DNA of 63,741 nucleotides, the filler included, from Dirinaria sp. TL-2023a (Eukaryota): the NCBI GenBank assembly GCA_051941275.1. It is 11 parts of 11 records of this genome, joined end to end, with 100 filler letters (N's around TTAATTAATTAA, not from the genome) between each part and the next. Parts side by side here need not be neighbours in the genome. Positions count along the whole stretch, not along the records: positions 1 to 5,729 come from JAVEBF010001600.1; positions 5,830 to 11,555 come from JAVEBF010001601.1; 9 more parts are not named here. One strand, 5' to 3'. The notes beneath the pieces were generated by a model that was not told where the DNA came from, searched no databases, and saw nothing but the letters and a program-made list of their open reading frames with translations. Positions 1 to 11,655 of this stretch are shown piece after piece. The first letter of the stretch is position 1. Each line of letters starts with the position of its first letter. The translations under genes and the position numbers were made by a program.

Positions 1-399
1 GCTTGAAACTTCGCACTCTGTCAGAGTAAGGGAGATCGATGAATTTTACACTCGAGACATCAAAGACGTCGAATGCATTATCACGCTATAATGAGTAGTA
101 GTTAGAGGGAGAGAGTGGTGTGCCAGTAGAGTAGGGTGGTGTGACGGCAGCGGGAGCCTAGATAAATAAATCAAGAGAGGAACAGAATACCAAGAAAACA
201 CATCCACAGCGATGCCACCAGCATCTGCCCACCTTCGGTATTATCTTTTTTTTTTGAGCATTTTCTGGCGCATCCTCAAGTTCAACTTCATAAAGCCAAT
301 GTATGATCATCAGACTCATATGCCACTTTGACGAAACAAAGGAGACACATCTTCCCGAGGTAGCTTACGTCAAGCAAATTCTACTATCTTCCAAGCGTC

Positions 400-1399
400 T
401 CACTGTGAGCGTGTAGTACCATCCACCTGACGGACGATCTGCTGAACAACCCCGAGGCACCAGTAATTTCCTAAAGTATCTAAAACATAGTGCGCTTCCG
501 CATTTTCGATCACGCCGATGATTTCGATTCGCTCCAATGCCCTCCTATCATGTTTATTCTCTCCCTCGTCCAATCTCCAGTCATCCGATCCGAAGTAGTC
601 GCTATTGGCGTCTGCATACCAGCGGAACCCTATTCGACGGATGATCTTCTCGACATTTCTACAGCACCCCAGAGGACGATAGCACTCTTCGAAATCCAGC
701 TGCAAGAATCTCAACTTAGTCATCCGTGAGATCGTGTTGGCCAGGCTGTCCCAGACATGAAGAAGCCGATTCTCTTGTGCGTCATGTATTTTCTTAAGTT
801 TCTGCTACGGATTCATCTGCATATAAGCATTGCTAGTGGCCTGATGCTGTTGCACAATCCATGCAGAGCTTAGAACCGCAAGAGCCGCATGTCGAAACTG
901 ACAGAGACATTTTTGAATGATGGCATTCTGCCAAGACCATTGGTGAATGGCCATGGGCATGCTGGTGGCACAAATTGGTTTTGGGCCCAAAAAAGACGTC
1001 TTCAGCCCCTTGCTGAATGGTTTTGCAGACAGCTTTCAACAAGCTCAGATCGGGGCGGGTATGCGCTTCGTAGTCGGCATACTGTTGGTAGCGTTGTCGG
1101 TTGAATCGTTCGGAGAGAAAGGGCACATCATCACCTCGTGCATTTTTATAGGTGTTGTGGTAGTCAAAATAGGGATTTGCTGTACGGACGCCATCACTAC
1201 TTGGCTTTTGTGTCCCAATCCGCACCGGCACGAAAATCTTACCGCAGGTGAGGAGAAGATCGTACATCACGCAGCGAATGTCTCTGCCTAGCTTCATAAA
1301 GCCTGTAGTAGATGCCGCTGCTTCGTCGGTCGACTGACGTTGTGATACTGATCGACCATGGCTGGCATTGTTTGGCAGAAGTAACCCACAGAATTTCAA
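400..1399 (-). pseudogene. Disrupted fungal F-box-like/DUF7730-type hypothetical gene
   Basis: N-terminal motif FMKLGRDIRCVMYDLLL and C-terminal LRFLQLDFEECYRPLGCCR. A continuous protein needs two frame changes (near 979-982, giving KNQFV...FKNVSVSFDMR, and near 885) and passes an in-frame TAG at 805-807 (MNP*QKLKKIHD...RMTKLRF). True start not resolved. Confidence 0.6.
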
Positions 1400-1694
1400 A
1401 GGGCGGAGTTAGAGCTTTTTCAGCTTGAGAAATAAGAGACACTATCAGAATCGAACAGGTCTGTGGAAGATTTCGGCGGTCTCCGACGTAATGGAGATCG
1501 TGTGGAAGTGAAGAGAGCGAGGAGACGTCAGACCAGTTAGCAAAAGACCGAAGAATGCTAAGCGCGGCAATGGGAATTCCGAGGTTAAAGGCCCAGACTC
1601 ACTAGGCCAGAGCATATATAAGCGCTCTGCCTCTGACATGTGAGTCCATCATATAGTATAGTCTTCATCTGCATCACTGTTCACAGCGATCGCA

Positions 1695-2189
1695 ATGGCT
1701 TCATCATCTTCCTCCTCGGCTGCTTCGTCACGTGATATTCTCCTCCGCACCGCGAATGCTGCCATCGATGGGTACAACAAATGGACCATCGCCGCTATCC
1801 TCGCACCGCGCGCGCCATCCTGCATACACCAAGTGCTGCCGTCCTCTCTCAACCGCCCGGCCCGGACGAATGATGAGTACGCAGTTTACTTCGGGTCGAT
1901 CTTGCCTGCCTTCCGCAATTGGGCCCTGACCGTCCACTACTCGGTTGTCGACGAGGTGAAGAGGACGGTGGTGATGAAGGTGACCAGTCGAGCGAACACG
2001 GACATCGGATTGTATGAAAACGAGTACATGATTGTCTTCTGGATGACGGAGAATGGCAGCCAGGTGGAACGAGTCGAAGAATGGGTTGACAGCGCCTATA
2101 GCAAGAATTTCTTGGGGAAGCTCTGGGAGCATCTGGCAGAGCAAGAGCAGTGGGCGGAGAAGCAGAAGTCCAATTACCGGTATGCGTGA
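1695..2189 (+). CDS. NTF2/SnoaL-like fold protein, AusH/AusJ/Trt2-like
   Basis: Intronless 164-aa ORF with IHQVLPSSL..RTNDEY, VVDE...VV, GLYENEY and VEEWVDS motifs typical of this fungal family. Good start context gcaATGG. Confidence 0.75.
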   Translation: MASSSSSSAASSRDILLRTANAAIDGYNKWTIAAILAPRAPSCIHQVLPSSLNRPARTNDEYAVYFGSILPAFRNWALTVHYSVVDEVKRTVVMKVTSRANTDIGLYENEYMIVFWMTENGSQVERVEEWVDSAYSKNFLGKLWEHLAEQEQWAEKQKSNYRYA

Positions 2190-3011
2190 GAGGTTGATTG
2201 GAAGGGCAGGAGGCTGGGAGTCTGAGGTAGATGGCAGAGTGGATGATGTTGAGCCGATGGAATATAGTCCATGTGCAGAGAAGGTATGGCTTTAATCTGT
2301 GCTCTGAAAACTGCTATGTGCAGGCTTCTAATGAGTATATGTGCTTCGAACTCAATATGTTTCTTCAGTAGTCTTTTCAGGAGGGTCTTGTATGTAAAGT
2401 GCTGAAAGTGTAAAGACTGCGAGTAAAACTCGGAGGGGAAGAATTTAGGGTTAGAGTCACTGAAACGCCAAAAAAAGTCAATTCCTCCAGCTTACAATCA
2501 ATCAGGTGAATTACAGTGGACATATCACCACCTCATGTTAAGGGATCTTCATGATATACAGCAGAATTTTCAACAGGCAAGAGTTGGTCAGTGTTGAAAA
2601 CGTTGAAGCCACCTTCATCGATAGCCTACCTAAGTTGAAGGCAAAAGAAATCTGTCGCTCAGAATCGTGCCCTGTTTCACTGAAAGCTTCATTGTGAAAA
2701 TCCTCACAATGAGACATGTTCATCTACACAAGAACAGCCGCCTCCGACTACCGTATGTACACGCTTTATACGCTTTTCCCGCTATGGTTAGTCGGTCTCC
2801 TGTATCTAAAGCGGCGCGAGCCGACAATCCTGACATTCTCCAGACTCATGGACACTATTAATGAGATCAAAGTCATTCAATGATGCATTGAAACGTCCTG
2901 CGATACCAGCTCGGTCTTTCTCTCCATATCATGAACAGAAAGAAGAAATTCATCAACCTCACTGGCCTGCCCGATTCAGCAAATCAACCCCCTCCAGAGA
3001 GCCAAGGCTGA

Positions 3012-3024
3012 GATAAGGCTTATC
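3012..3024. promoter_or_regulatory. Inverted pair of GATA (AreA/Nit2-type) sites
   Basis: GATAAG-G-CTTATC about 620 bp upstream of the amino acid permease ATG. Further GATAA/TTATC occur near 3188 and 3398. Confidence 0.4.
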
Positions 3025-3530
3025 ATCAACATCTCCAACTACCGAACAGTCCAGAACCTTCACAGCCGCAATCTATGCAGGCCAATCTCGAAGTCGACAG
3101 GATTGGCAGAAAACGAGACATGGGCTAGGTCGATGATGGCCCATCGACAATCCTCCTACCCCCACCATCTCTTAGTCCACAGTCGAAGATAACTCAAATC
3201 TGCCATTGAAATCTCCATCATCGAAACGTGATCTCCGATCGTTTCAAGATCCCAGGTACGGACTGCTTTTCCAAATATGTACATACACCCAGCAACAGAG
3301 AGAGACCCTGACATATGCAGTCAGCATGCGAAATGCAATGCAACTGCATCGGGCCTATTGTCGGGCCTATTGCCCTAGCTGCTGCTGCTGCTGCCGCTTA
3401 TCGAGCCTACCTTACCCGGGACATCCTATCGCTATCTTCAATGCGCCCCAGTGCATTGCATTGCAACATTACACAGCATCGGAGGAGCGAGTATGCACCG
3501 TTCCTTGGTGTTCGGCCTGAAAGTACAAAA

Positions 3531-3547
3531 CTGGGGTAACCCCCCGC
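3531..3547. promoter_or_regulatory. Inverted pair of CreA-type SYGGRG sites
   Basis: CTGGGG (3531-3536) and CCCCGC (3542-3547), about 100 bp upstream of the permease ATG. Confidence 0.35.
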
Positions 3548-3636
3548 TCCCCCTCCACATCTCACGCGACCCAATTCAGTCTCCTTCAGATACATGTAGC
3601 CTCATCAACTTTCCTTCCTCCAGCACTTGATTGAAC

Positions 3637-5370
3637 ATGGGGCACGCCGACGATGTTACCGCGAGCAGCGGTGGCTCGGACGAGAAGCACTTCGTCTCCC
3701 AAGAAGACGAAAAGGATCCTCAACGCTATGGCTCGGTTGCAGAACGGTATGGGTCGGTCGACAAGTCGAAGATGGCCGAACGATACGGCTCCGCGGTGCT
3801 CGAACCGGGCGAGCTCGAGGTCCTTCAGCATTCGACCAAGCGTGGGCTGAAATCGCGGCACGCCCAGATGATCGCGCTTGGCGGAACAATTGGCACCGGT
3901 CTGTTTGTTGGTAGCGGTGCGACGCTGGCGCGAGGCGGCCCAGCTTTCATTCTTGTTTGCTATATTATCATGACGGTTCTGATTCTGTTCATTATCTCGG
4001 CGGTGACCGAAGTCGCTGCACACATCCCCGCCGCGGGAGGCACGATGTCGTACTTCGGGTTCCGATACGTGTCAAATAGCCTGGGATTCGCCATGGGTTG
4101 GCTGTATTTTTACTCCTTGGGAATACTGATCCCGTACGAAATCACGGCTGCAGGACTGGTCATTGACTACTGGGGGTCCCCCGTCAACGTGGGCGTCTGG
4201 ATCACCATCTTCATCATCGTGATCCTAGGACTCAACACCCTCCCTGTAGCCGTGTACGGAGAAACAGAATTCTGGTTCGCATCAACAAAAGTGATGATGA
4301 TGATCGGCCTCTTGATCCTCTCCTTCATCCTCTTCTGGGGTGGGGGCCCGAACCACCAAAGACTCGGGTTCCACTACTGGAAAGACCCCGGCGCAGCGGG
4401 GACGTTCCTCAAAACCGGCGACGCGGGCCGCATGGCAGCGTTCACGTCCTGCCTCGTGCTCAGCGCTTTCCCCTTCACCTTCTCGGCGGAGCTAATGATC
4501 GTTACGGGCGGGGAAATGAAGAACCCTCGTAGAAACCTGCCCGTGGCCGCGAAACGGTTCGTGTACCGGCTGGTGATCTTCTACATCGGCAGCGTGCTCG
4601 CCATCGGCGTCATCTGCTCGTACAAAGACCCGGCCCTGACGAGCGGCGGCGCAGGGGCCAAATCCGCCGCATTCGTGGTCGGGATCAAAAACGCCGGGAT
4701 CTCAGGGCTGCCAAGCGTAGTCAACGCAGTGATCATCATATCCGCATGGTCATCGGGCAACTCCTTCCTGTACATCTCCAGCCGCTCGCTGTACTCAATG
4801 GCAGTCGCAGGCAACGCGCCCGCCGTCTTCAAGAAATGCACGAAAAAGGGGGTCCCCTACGTCGCCGTGCTGACAAGCGCGCTGTTCATGCCGCTCGCGT
4901 ACCTGAACTGCGGCAGCAGCGGCGTGACGGTGTTCACCTGGTTCGTGAACCTGACCAACACGTCGGGCTTCATCTCCTGGGTCTGCTGCTGCATCGTGTA
5001 CCTGCGCTTCCACAAGGCGTGCCGGGCGCAGGGCATCTCGACCGACCAGCTGCCCTACCACTCCTGGATGCAGCCCTGGGGCGCCTGGGTCGCGCTCGTG
5101 GCCTTCGTCATCATGACCCTGATCAACGGCTTCGACGTGTTTTTCCCGGGCCGCTTCAACGCCAGCAGTTTCCTCACCGCGTACATCGGCATCCCCATCT
5201 TCCTGGCCATCTATTTCGGGCATCGGATTGTCCATCGCAGCGATACCTGGGCGCGCGATCCGCTCGAGGTCGATTTGGTCACGGGGTTGCAGGAGATTTT
5301 GGACGAGGAGCAGCCGAAGAAGACGGAGTATACGCACTGGTGGGAGAATATTCGCAGGGTGTGGGAGTGA
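3637..5370 (+). CDS. Amino acid permease (YAT/APC family), proline permease Put4/PrnB-like
   Basis: Intronless. LKSRHAQMIALGGTIGTGLFVGSG signature, YGETEFWF, about 12 hydrophobic segments. First ATG is at 3637 (the track starts at TTG 3631). Confidence 0.93.
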   Translation: MGHADDVTASSGGSDEKHFVSQEDEKDPQRYGSVAERYGSVDKSKMAERYGSAVLEPGELEVLQHSTKRGLKSRHAQMIALGGTIGTGLFVGSGATLARGGPAFILVCYIIMTVLILFIISAVTEVAAHIPAAGGTMSYFGFRYVSNSLGFAMGWLYFYSLGILIPYEITAAGLVIDYWGSPVNVGVWITIFIIVILGLNTLPVAVYGETEFWFASTKVMMMIGLLILSFILFWGGGPNHQRLGFHYWKDPGAAGTFLKTGDAGRMAAFTSCLVLSAFPFTFSAELMIVTGGEMKNPRRNLPVAAKRFVYRLVIFYIGSVLAIGVICSYKDPALTSGGAGAKSAAFVVGIKNAGISGLPSVVNAVIIISAWSSGNSFLYISSRSLYSMAVAGNAPAVFKKCTKKGVPYVAVLTSALFMPLAYLNCGSSGVTVFTWFVNLTNTSGFISWVCCCIVYLRFHKACRAQGISTDQLPYHSWMQPWGAWVALVAFVIMTLINGFDVFFPGRFNASSFLTAYIGIPIFLAIYFGHRIVHRSDTWARDPLEVDLVTGLQEILDEEQPKKTEYTHWWENIRRVWE

Positions 5371-5729
5371 GAGAATTGTTTCAATTCAATTCAATTTTAC
5401 GACCGAGACTGGGGCGGACGTTCGTTATACTTTTGAATTAATCATTGGAGCGGAGTTGGTATACATACATATACATGCACCATGATGTAGATATTGAAAA
5501 AATCAAATTGATCGTTCTCTTTTTCGAGAATCCAGCAAGGCAGTGCATTATCAAAACAAACCGCTGAAAGTAAAACAATCATCTATCCATCCATCCATCC
5601 CGACCCCACAAAAAAAAAAAAAAAAATCTGCTCCCCACGATCCAAACGAAAAATTGAGAAAGTCAGCTCTTCCTTTCATCTTCCCCTTCCATTTCATAAT
5701 CATATATATGATTATGAAATGGAAGGGGA

Positions 5730-5829
5730 NNNNNNNNNNNNNNNNNNNNNNNNNNNNNNNNNNNNNNNNNNNNTTAATTAATTAANNNNNNNNNNNNNNN
5801 NNNNNNNNNNNNNNNNNNNNNNNNNNNNN
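5730..5829. other. Artificial 100-nt contig spacer
   Basis: N-run, TTAATTAATTAA (stops in all six frames), N-run. Confidence 0.99.
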
Positions 5830-8800
5830 GGAAGTAGTAGATTGACATCTGATCGCGCACAAGGCGGTCTTGGTGTGGGTATAAATGCTGGGAAAGAGGT
5901 CGCCACAGCAGACGTCAAAGATGCATAGCGCACGATTTTAAGCTGCTTCTGTGCGTGCAGGATGTGATATTTGGGAGAGGGGGTGGTTTTTTAATTGATG
6001 GGTGTGGGGAGAGGGTGAAGGTGGTTTGAAAGTTGGGGAGCAAGTAAGCAAGCAGGAAAAGATGCCTCGGACGCTTGTCGACTGGCCAGGATCAATGATG
6101 GGTAGTTGGTACAGTAGATGCCGATCCCCTTCATATTATTGTTTCCAGGGTCTTTTTCTTGAAGGGAAGTACGGTATGTAAGGTAATGTAAGGTCATTAG
6201 TGGTAGGCTATAAGCCTATGGGGTCTTGTCTCATGGACTGCTCGGCAGATCTGGGGTTGGATCCCTGACGGATCCAGCAGGAAATTAGTGTGTCGACTGC
6301 GGCCACACGCCGCCGACCACAGGCTCGACAAGTCGACAGGGTCTCGAGCCAAGCCAGGGAAGAAGGTTCGAGGGTTTGAAACTTTTACTTTGCGACACTA
6401 CTACTCTCTCTGGGACGGGCGTGTATATACCAGCAGTAGACTAGTATTAAGGTTGTGTATGTAAGATATACGACCGTAACCAGAACCAATCCCCCGAGCA
6501 GATCATCTTATTAGGCGAATAATTGACGCGCACACGGGACCGCCCCTAAGGCAAGTCCTAGGTAAGTACCAAGTAGTGTCATCCGTCCTGGGTACTAATT
6601 TCATCATCATAGTTGGGGGGAACGGGAGCGTTTGGCTGGCGCGAGGGACTAGGAGGCTAAGGTAGAGGGACGGACAGTGGACACAGATATGGTAGCCTTG
6701 GTAGGGGAACATCAAGAAGTGATCACTATAAAAATAGATGACGATGTTTTGACAGTCGATCGACACTCGCCCACATTGTCGGGTCTCGCCTGTTTTGACG
6801 AGTTTCCTCAGTGACGATCATCCAAAGCCTTGAAAGGCTTCTCCGCAGCTGCCAGAAGCCCGGGACCCGCAGAGTGCAGACTCGCAGTGTCTCGACAAAA
6901 CCCCCTTCCACTTTGGCTCTCCATTAGGCACGGCACGGCTATCTGAACACTCCCCATAACAGATATTCACCATTGGAGAAATTGAGTTTAATAGTCACTC
7001 TATATCCATCCCAACTTTGCAACCCTCGGGAATGACTACGATCAATCAATCTTCTTCTTCTTGCTCGAGTGTCGACTGCTGTGGTCCCCCCTCCCTTTGC
7101 CCATCACTGAATGCGCTCGTGCCACTTGATCGCTTCCGGAACAATGGGCGCTCAACCAATGCATCGTCGATGCATGACACGCACATGGAAAAAAGTGATC
7201 GACAATCCTGAACGCTTGGAGTTAACGGAGCTCTTCTCCATTCTCCCCCCCCAGCAGCTCCAGCCTGCCTTATCCGAGTAGCTACAGCCTACACTGTACA
7301 GGCCCCCCTTTAGACCCAAACTAGCTGCCCACGCGACGGCGTTGTTGGCGTCGCTGGTGTCACTGCTAAACCGCCTTTCCGCCCCTACTCGCCAATGGAA
7401 ATTTAATGCGTCGGTCAACTCTCGCTTGTCTGGCTTGTCCTTGCCAGCACTACTGCGCAAAGGTTTGGGGGGAGAACCCGCACATGATCATTCCTGGGTG
7501 CAGTACATACATTGGTGTTTCACATCCTACATCCTCTCCAAGCGATTTTGCGCAATCAAACCGCATCTCTGAAAACCGGCATTTCAATTTGTCGGTTCCT
7601 ACGTGGATGTGATGATGATTCTTGGTCAGCAGCAATCCGATGCGTGCCGTCTACCGTATTGTACATACCGTTCTGTACTCTGACCTTTTGAGTCATTGCG
7701 GTGATGCGGTCGCGATATTGATGGAAGCCCAGATTGAGCCAGTGGCTAAAGCGTCTTAGCCTTCGCCCGGGTTTTGCTAAGGAAATGGGCCGAGATTCCA
7801 GATCGCGCAAAGGCTAAAGCTTCAATCGACAACGGCTTTCTTGATTTCTTGATTCCTTAAACCCGAAGAGAGAGAGAGCAGCACGTGACCAATACATGCA
7901 ATACTTCCTGTCAAGTAGCCCGGCATCGGAACCACGTTTTTTGAATTTCCTGCTAGTCGAAGCAGCTAGGGAATCGGAAGAATGCTATGCTACCACTTCA
8001 GGAACATTTCATGCAAACCACCCAAAGCTCTTTACTTATCGCGGCCTCGCAGATCTGGCCAGCACATCATCCCAGCCTTAGTTCCACAGGATGCAATACC
8101 TTCGAAGCAAAAGTATGAGAGTCGACGGCGATGCAATAATAATATAAAGTGGTTTCTTGCCGCCCCAGGAGCCGTGCCAATGACGGTGCCAGCCCAGAGA
8201 CATTGGTTGTGGCAGAGCGCAGTCCCAAGCAGTCAAGATGATCTTCTAGGAAATTAACCCACCCACGCTTAGCATTTTTGACATCGCTAGCGACATAAGG
8301 TAGCCTTGACGACAGCGCGGACGTCGGCATCGAGCCTATATTGACATACGCGCTTCGCCTGAAGGTGCCTAACGGGCTCCACCAAGTAGCTGTCAAACGA
8401 AATCTATTTCCCGTTCTCGTTCTCTTCGAAGGCTAGCCTTTCTGGCCTCATCGCCACCTGTGTATCCCGTCCGGCGCAACTTGTTCATGGCATTCTCTAG
8501 TTTCCATGACCTATACTCGTATAGATCCTTTACAATCGGAGAAGCGCATCACACTTATGGGAGGGCATCTGTAGCCCGGTCAGCCGCATCTGTTCTTCCG
8601 GCAATCCGCTTTACTGTATCTTCCCACCCAACACTAGGTAAGTAACTATCATGCGTCCACCTCGTATATGTCGCCTACCATCCAATGGTAATGTTCAACG
8701 GCAAAGCTAGCTGTAGCGCATAGCAATAACAAGGTCAAGTCTGCACCGCCGCAATCTACAGTACTAAATTTTAATTCTTCGATACAAGTAAAACTAAAAA

Positions 8801-10229
8801 AAATATAGAGTATGCTTGGTCTAAACAGTCTAAACTCCATCGATTTACCCTCTCCAACGAGCTATGTTAAACCTGTCAACTCTCCGATCATCTGACTCTC
8901 TAGCTTTGATTTCCTCACCAGCACAAACTGCTCTTCTTCTGACCTATCGGGTTTCAGCTTCGAATCCTTATTGTAGGCCTAGGAAAGTCTAGACCGATTG
9001 ACTGCAATGCCATAAGTCATGTTGTCGCTGGTACGCGCTTTGTGAGTGCAGAAACTAGAATGCCAATCATCCTTAGCCCAAATTCTACTTTTACTCGGTA
9101 CTCTGCAATGTGGACTATCAAATGGGAGGAGAGCACGTTTCTGTGCTTTGATCGCCTCGTCCTTGGCTTTTCCTAAGAGATTCATCTACCAGGTCGATAC
9201 TGCTCGCTGTCCCCACCCCGTGTCTTGTGCAGGAGAAAGCACGCTTCAATTGCCGCTGCGAAGCTCCTGGACTCTGCTTCTAAACTCTACTTCCGAGGAT
9301 GTCTTGTACTCGAGACGTGTGTGTCGAGTAAGAACATGGAGGCGTAGAGCTTCTTCCACGAGGAACTTGGCTGATGCAGAACTCGCCCAAATGTGAAATA
9401 GATTTTTCAGGTTGTGGGAGAAATTCGAGAACACAACTCTTCGCCACTCGGGCCGGGAGCAAGGCCGGAACGCGATGCGGCTAACCAACGGAGCACAATC
9501 ATCCAAATTCTTCCGTGCCCTCAGAGCAGAATGGCGAGTGGACTATCCTACCTTTGGGACCATTCATGCAAAATCTGGAACAGTCGTGCGCGCAGCTGAT
9601 CCTTTACCGGAGCTTTGCTGAGATCTTGAATTTGGGTTTCATCCATATCACGTTGATCTCTTTCGCGGCGAGTAGAGCCAGTCCACAGTTTGAATGTCTG
9701 TCGGCGTTGACGGACACGTAAGAAGCTAGATTCAGTGTCATGACCTGCACAATGTGCTCTAAGTGGCCTTCTCGTTGACTTTTGAGTTTCTTGACCTCTT
9801 CTACTGCCAACCTCACTGCCAGTCTTGTAATCATTAATTACAATTATCGATCATGACAGAGAACTTCCCCCAGAATCTGTCTCTGAATTGCTTACTGTAT
9901 CCGTCATTGGAGGTTGTAAAGCCGTTTTCAATGTCAAAGGCGTCCTCAAACGCCCTTTAGGTATGGGCCTGGACTCTACAATATCTTCGTCTTCTCAGGT
10001 AATTCACAGGACACCTCGGAGTATGTTCGTGCGCGGCGCTTTCGTTCTTCAAAACCCTGGTTACTGTGTTGCAAGCTCAGTTTATTGCGTCAGAAAGTTG
10101 GGCACATACATAAGAAGAGAAGCGCAGCCTATACAAAGGGTGCATGAAGCAAGCAGGAATATCTTGAGCATCAGCCTTCAACGTGTCTTCTCATTGACAA
10201 GGCCTCTGTTGGATGCACCGTTCCACTCT

Positions 10230-10384
10230 CCTTCGCTTATGCCAGTAAAGCTAGGCTGTTATACTTTTACAAAAGCACCCCTTCACAAGCTTTCCATTTC
10301 AGACTGCCCTTCGCTTATGGCAGTAAAGCTATGCTGATACTTTTACATAAAGAACCCCTTCACAAGCTCTCTATTACACACTGC
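10230..10384. repeat. Imperfect tandem duplication, period about 78 bp
   Basis: CCTTCGCTTATG(C/G)CAGTAAAGCTA...ATACTTTTACA...CCCCTTCACAAGCT...ACTGC begins at 10230 and again at 10308. Confidence 0.85.
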
Positions 10385-11555
10385 ATTGACTTTTTTCAAA
10401 ACCTTTAACGCCCCAGAATCAGTAAAACAGACCCATATGACTTTAAAGACCTAAGAGCGAGAAAGCAACTCCACAACCCAAACATTACAGTCTCAGCAAT
10501 CCAAGCAAGAAGATCCGATCCGCCCCAGCACTTTCAAACAATAAGAAACATGAAATCCAGCCCCCTAGCCTCAAATCCTTCTTCGATCCATCCATCCATA
10601 CGGCCGAACCCTGGGTTGGGTTAGACAAAGGTTGGGCAGAATGAAAATAAGCCTCCGAGATGCGACCTGAGTGTTCCTACCTACCTACACACATATCCAT
10701 TCCCCCCCTGAAAACCCACCCACCTCTGTCACTGCCCAAATATGGTACATACATTGGGGAAAGTCCATGCGACGTCCGTGTATCACGAATGGTAGTAAGG
10801 TATCGTGTTTAAAGCTGACTGCATATAAGCGCTCTGACAAGATCTACATACTGTATATGCGCACGCGAGAGGTAAGCACAGCGTGTGACTGCATGAAGGA
10901 TCTCAGCTATCTATGTACCGTACTGTATTGTATGGAGAAGGAGCTGGATGAGAATTTTTTTGCTCTAGGTTAAGGTGGGGTTTTGGGAGTGGATTCGTGT
11001 TTTTTTGGATGGATTGTTTGAATATATGGGCGAATTGTTTTGGTATTTGAAGCATCCAATTCATTGCAGACAGCCGCTCTAGACCACTTTGGGCAGGGGT
11101 ACAGCATATGGAAGCATTGAACTGAACCTACATCCAAAGGGAAAGAGCAACATATGTATGCACGTGCGGTGGAAAAAAAATATCTATATCCGTGCCTACC
11201 TACCTAGAATACAGTAAGCCGAGCGTGGGCTACTTTACTCTTCCAACTAAGTAGAGATAAACCTAAACTTTTCTTTTCTTTTGAAAACAAAAAAGAAAAG
11301 AAAAAAAGGAAGGAAAAAAAAATAAAACTCCTAAGGTGTGCACATCTCAACCCAACAACCATAAAAACAACCCCCCAAAAATCCCCCGCCTACATACTCA
11401 CGGGAATCACACTTATACCAGCTCCCCAGATTTTCCGTCCGGCTTCCCCTTCAATCCTTTCTCTTCAACATGTTCACCCCCCCCTTAATCCTTCTCAACT
11501 AATCCCTCAATCCCCTCTGTTCTCATTCCCAAACTCATCCCTCCCTTCTTAAAAA

Positions 11556-11655
11556 NNNNNNNNNNNNNNNNNNNNNNNNNNNNNNNNNNNNNNNNNNNNT
11601 TAATTAATTAANNNNNNNNNNNNNNNNNNNNNNNNNNNNNNNNNNNNNNNNNNNN
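11556..11655. other. Artificial 100-nt contig spacer
   Basis: Same N/TTAATTAATTAA/N linker. Confidence 0.99.

Noticed and set aside
4746..5441. Long alternative-frame and antisense ORFs over the permease (likewise 17635-18507, 25768-26430, 35415-36017, 45638-46231)
   Set aside because: Expected by-products of GC3-rich coding sequence with few off-frame stops.
5774..5785. TTAATTAATTAA recurring about every 5.8 kb as a biological repeat or array
   Set aside because: It always sits in the centre of a 100-nt N spacer and is a synthetic six-frame stop linker. ORFs ending in ...XLIN are artefacts.
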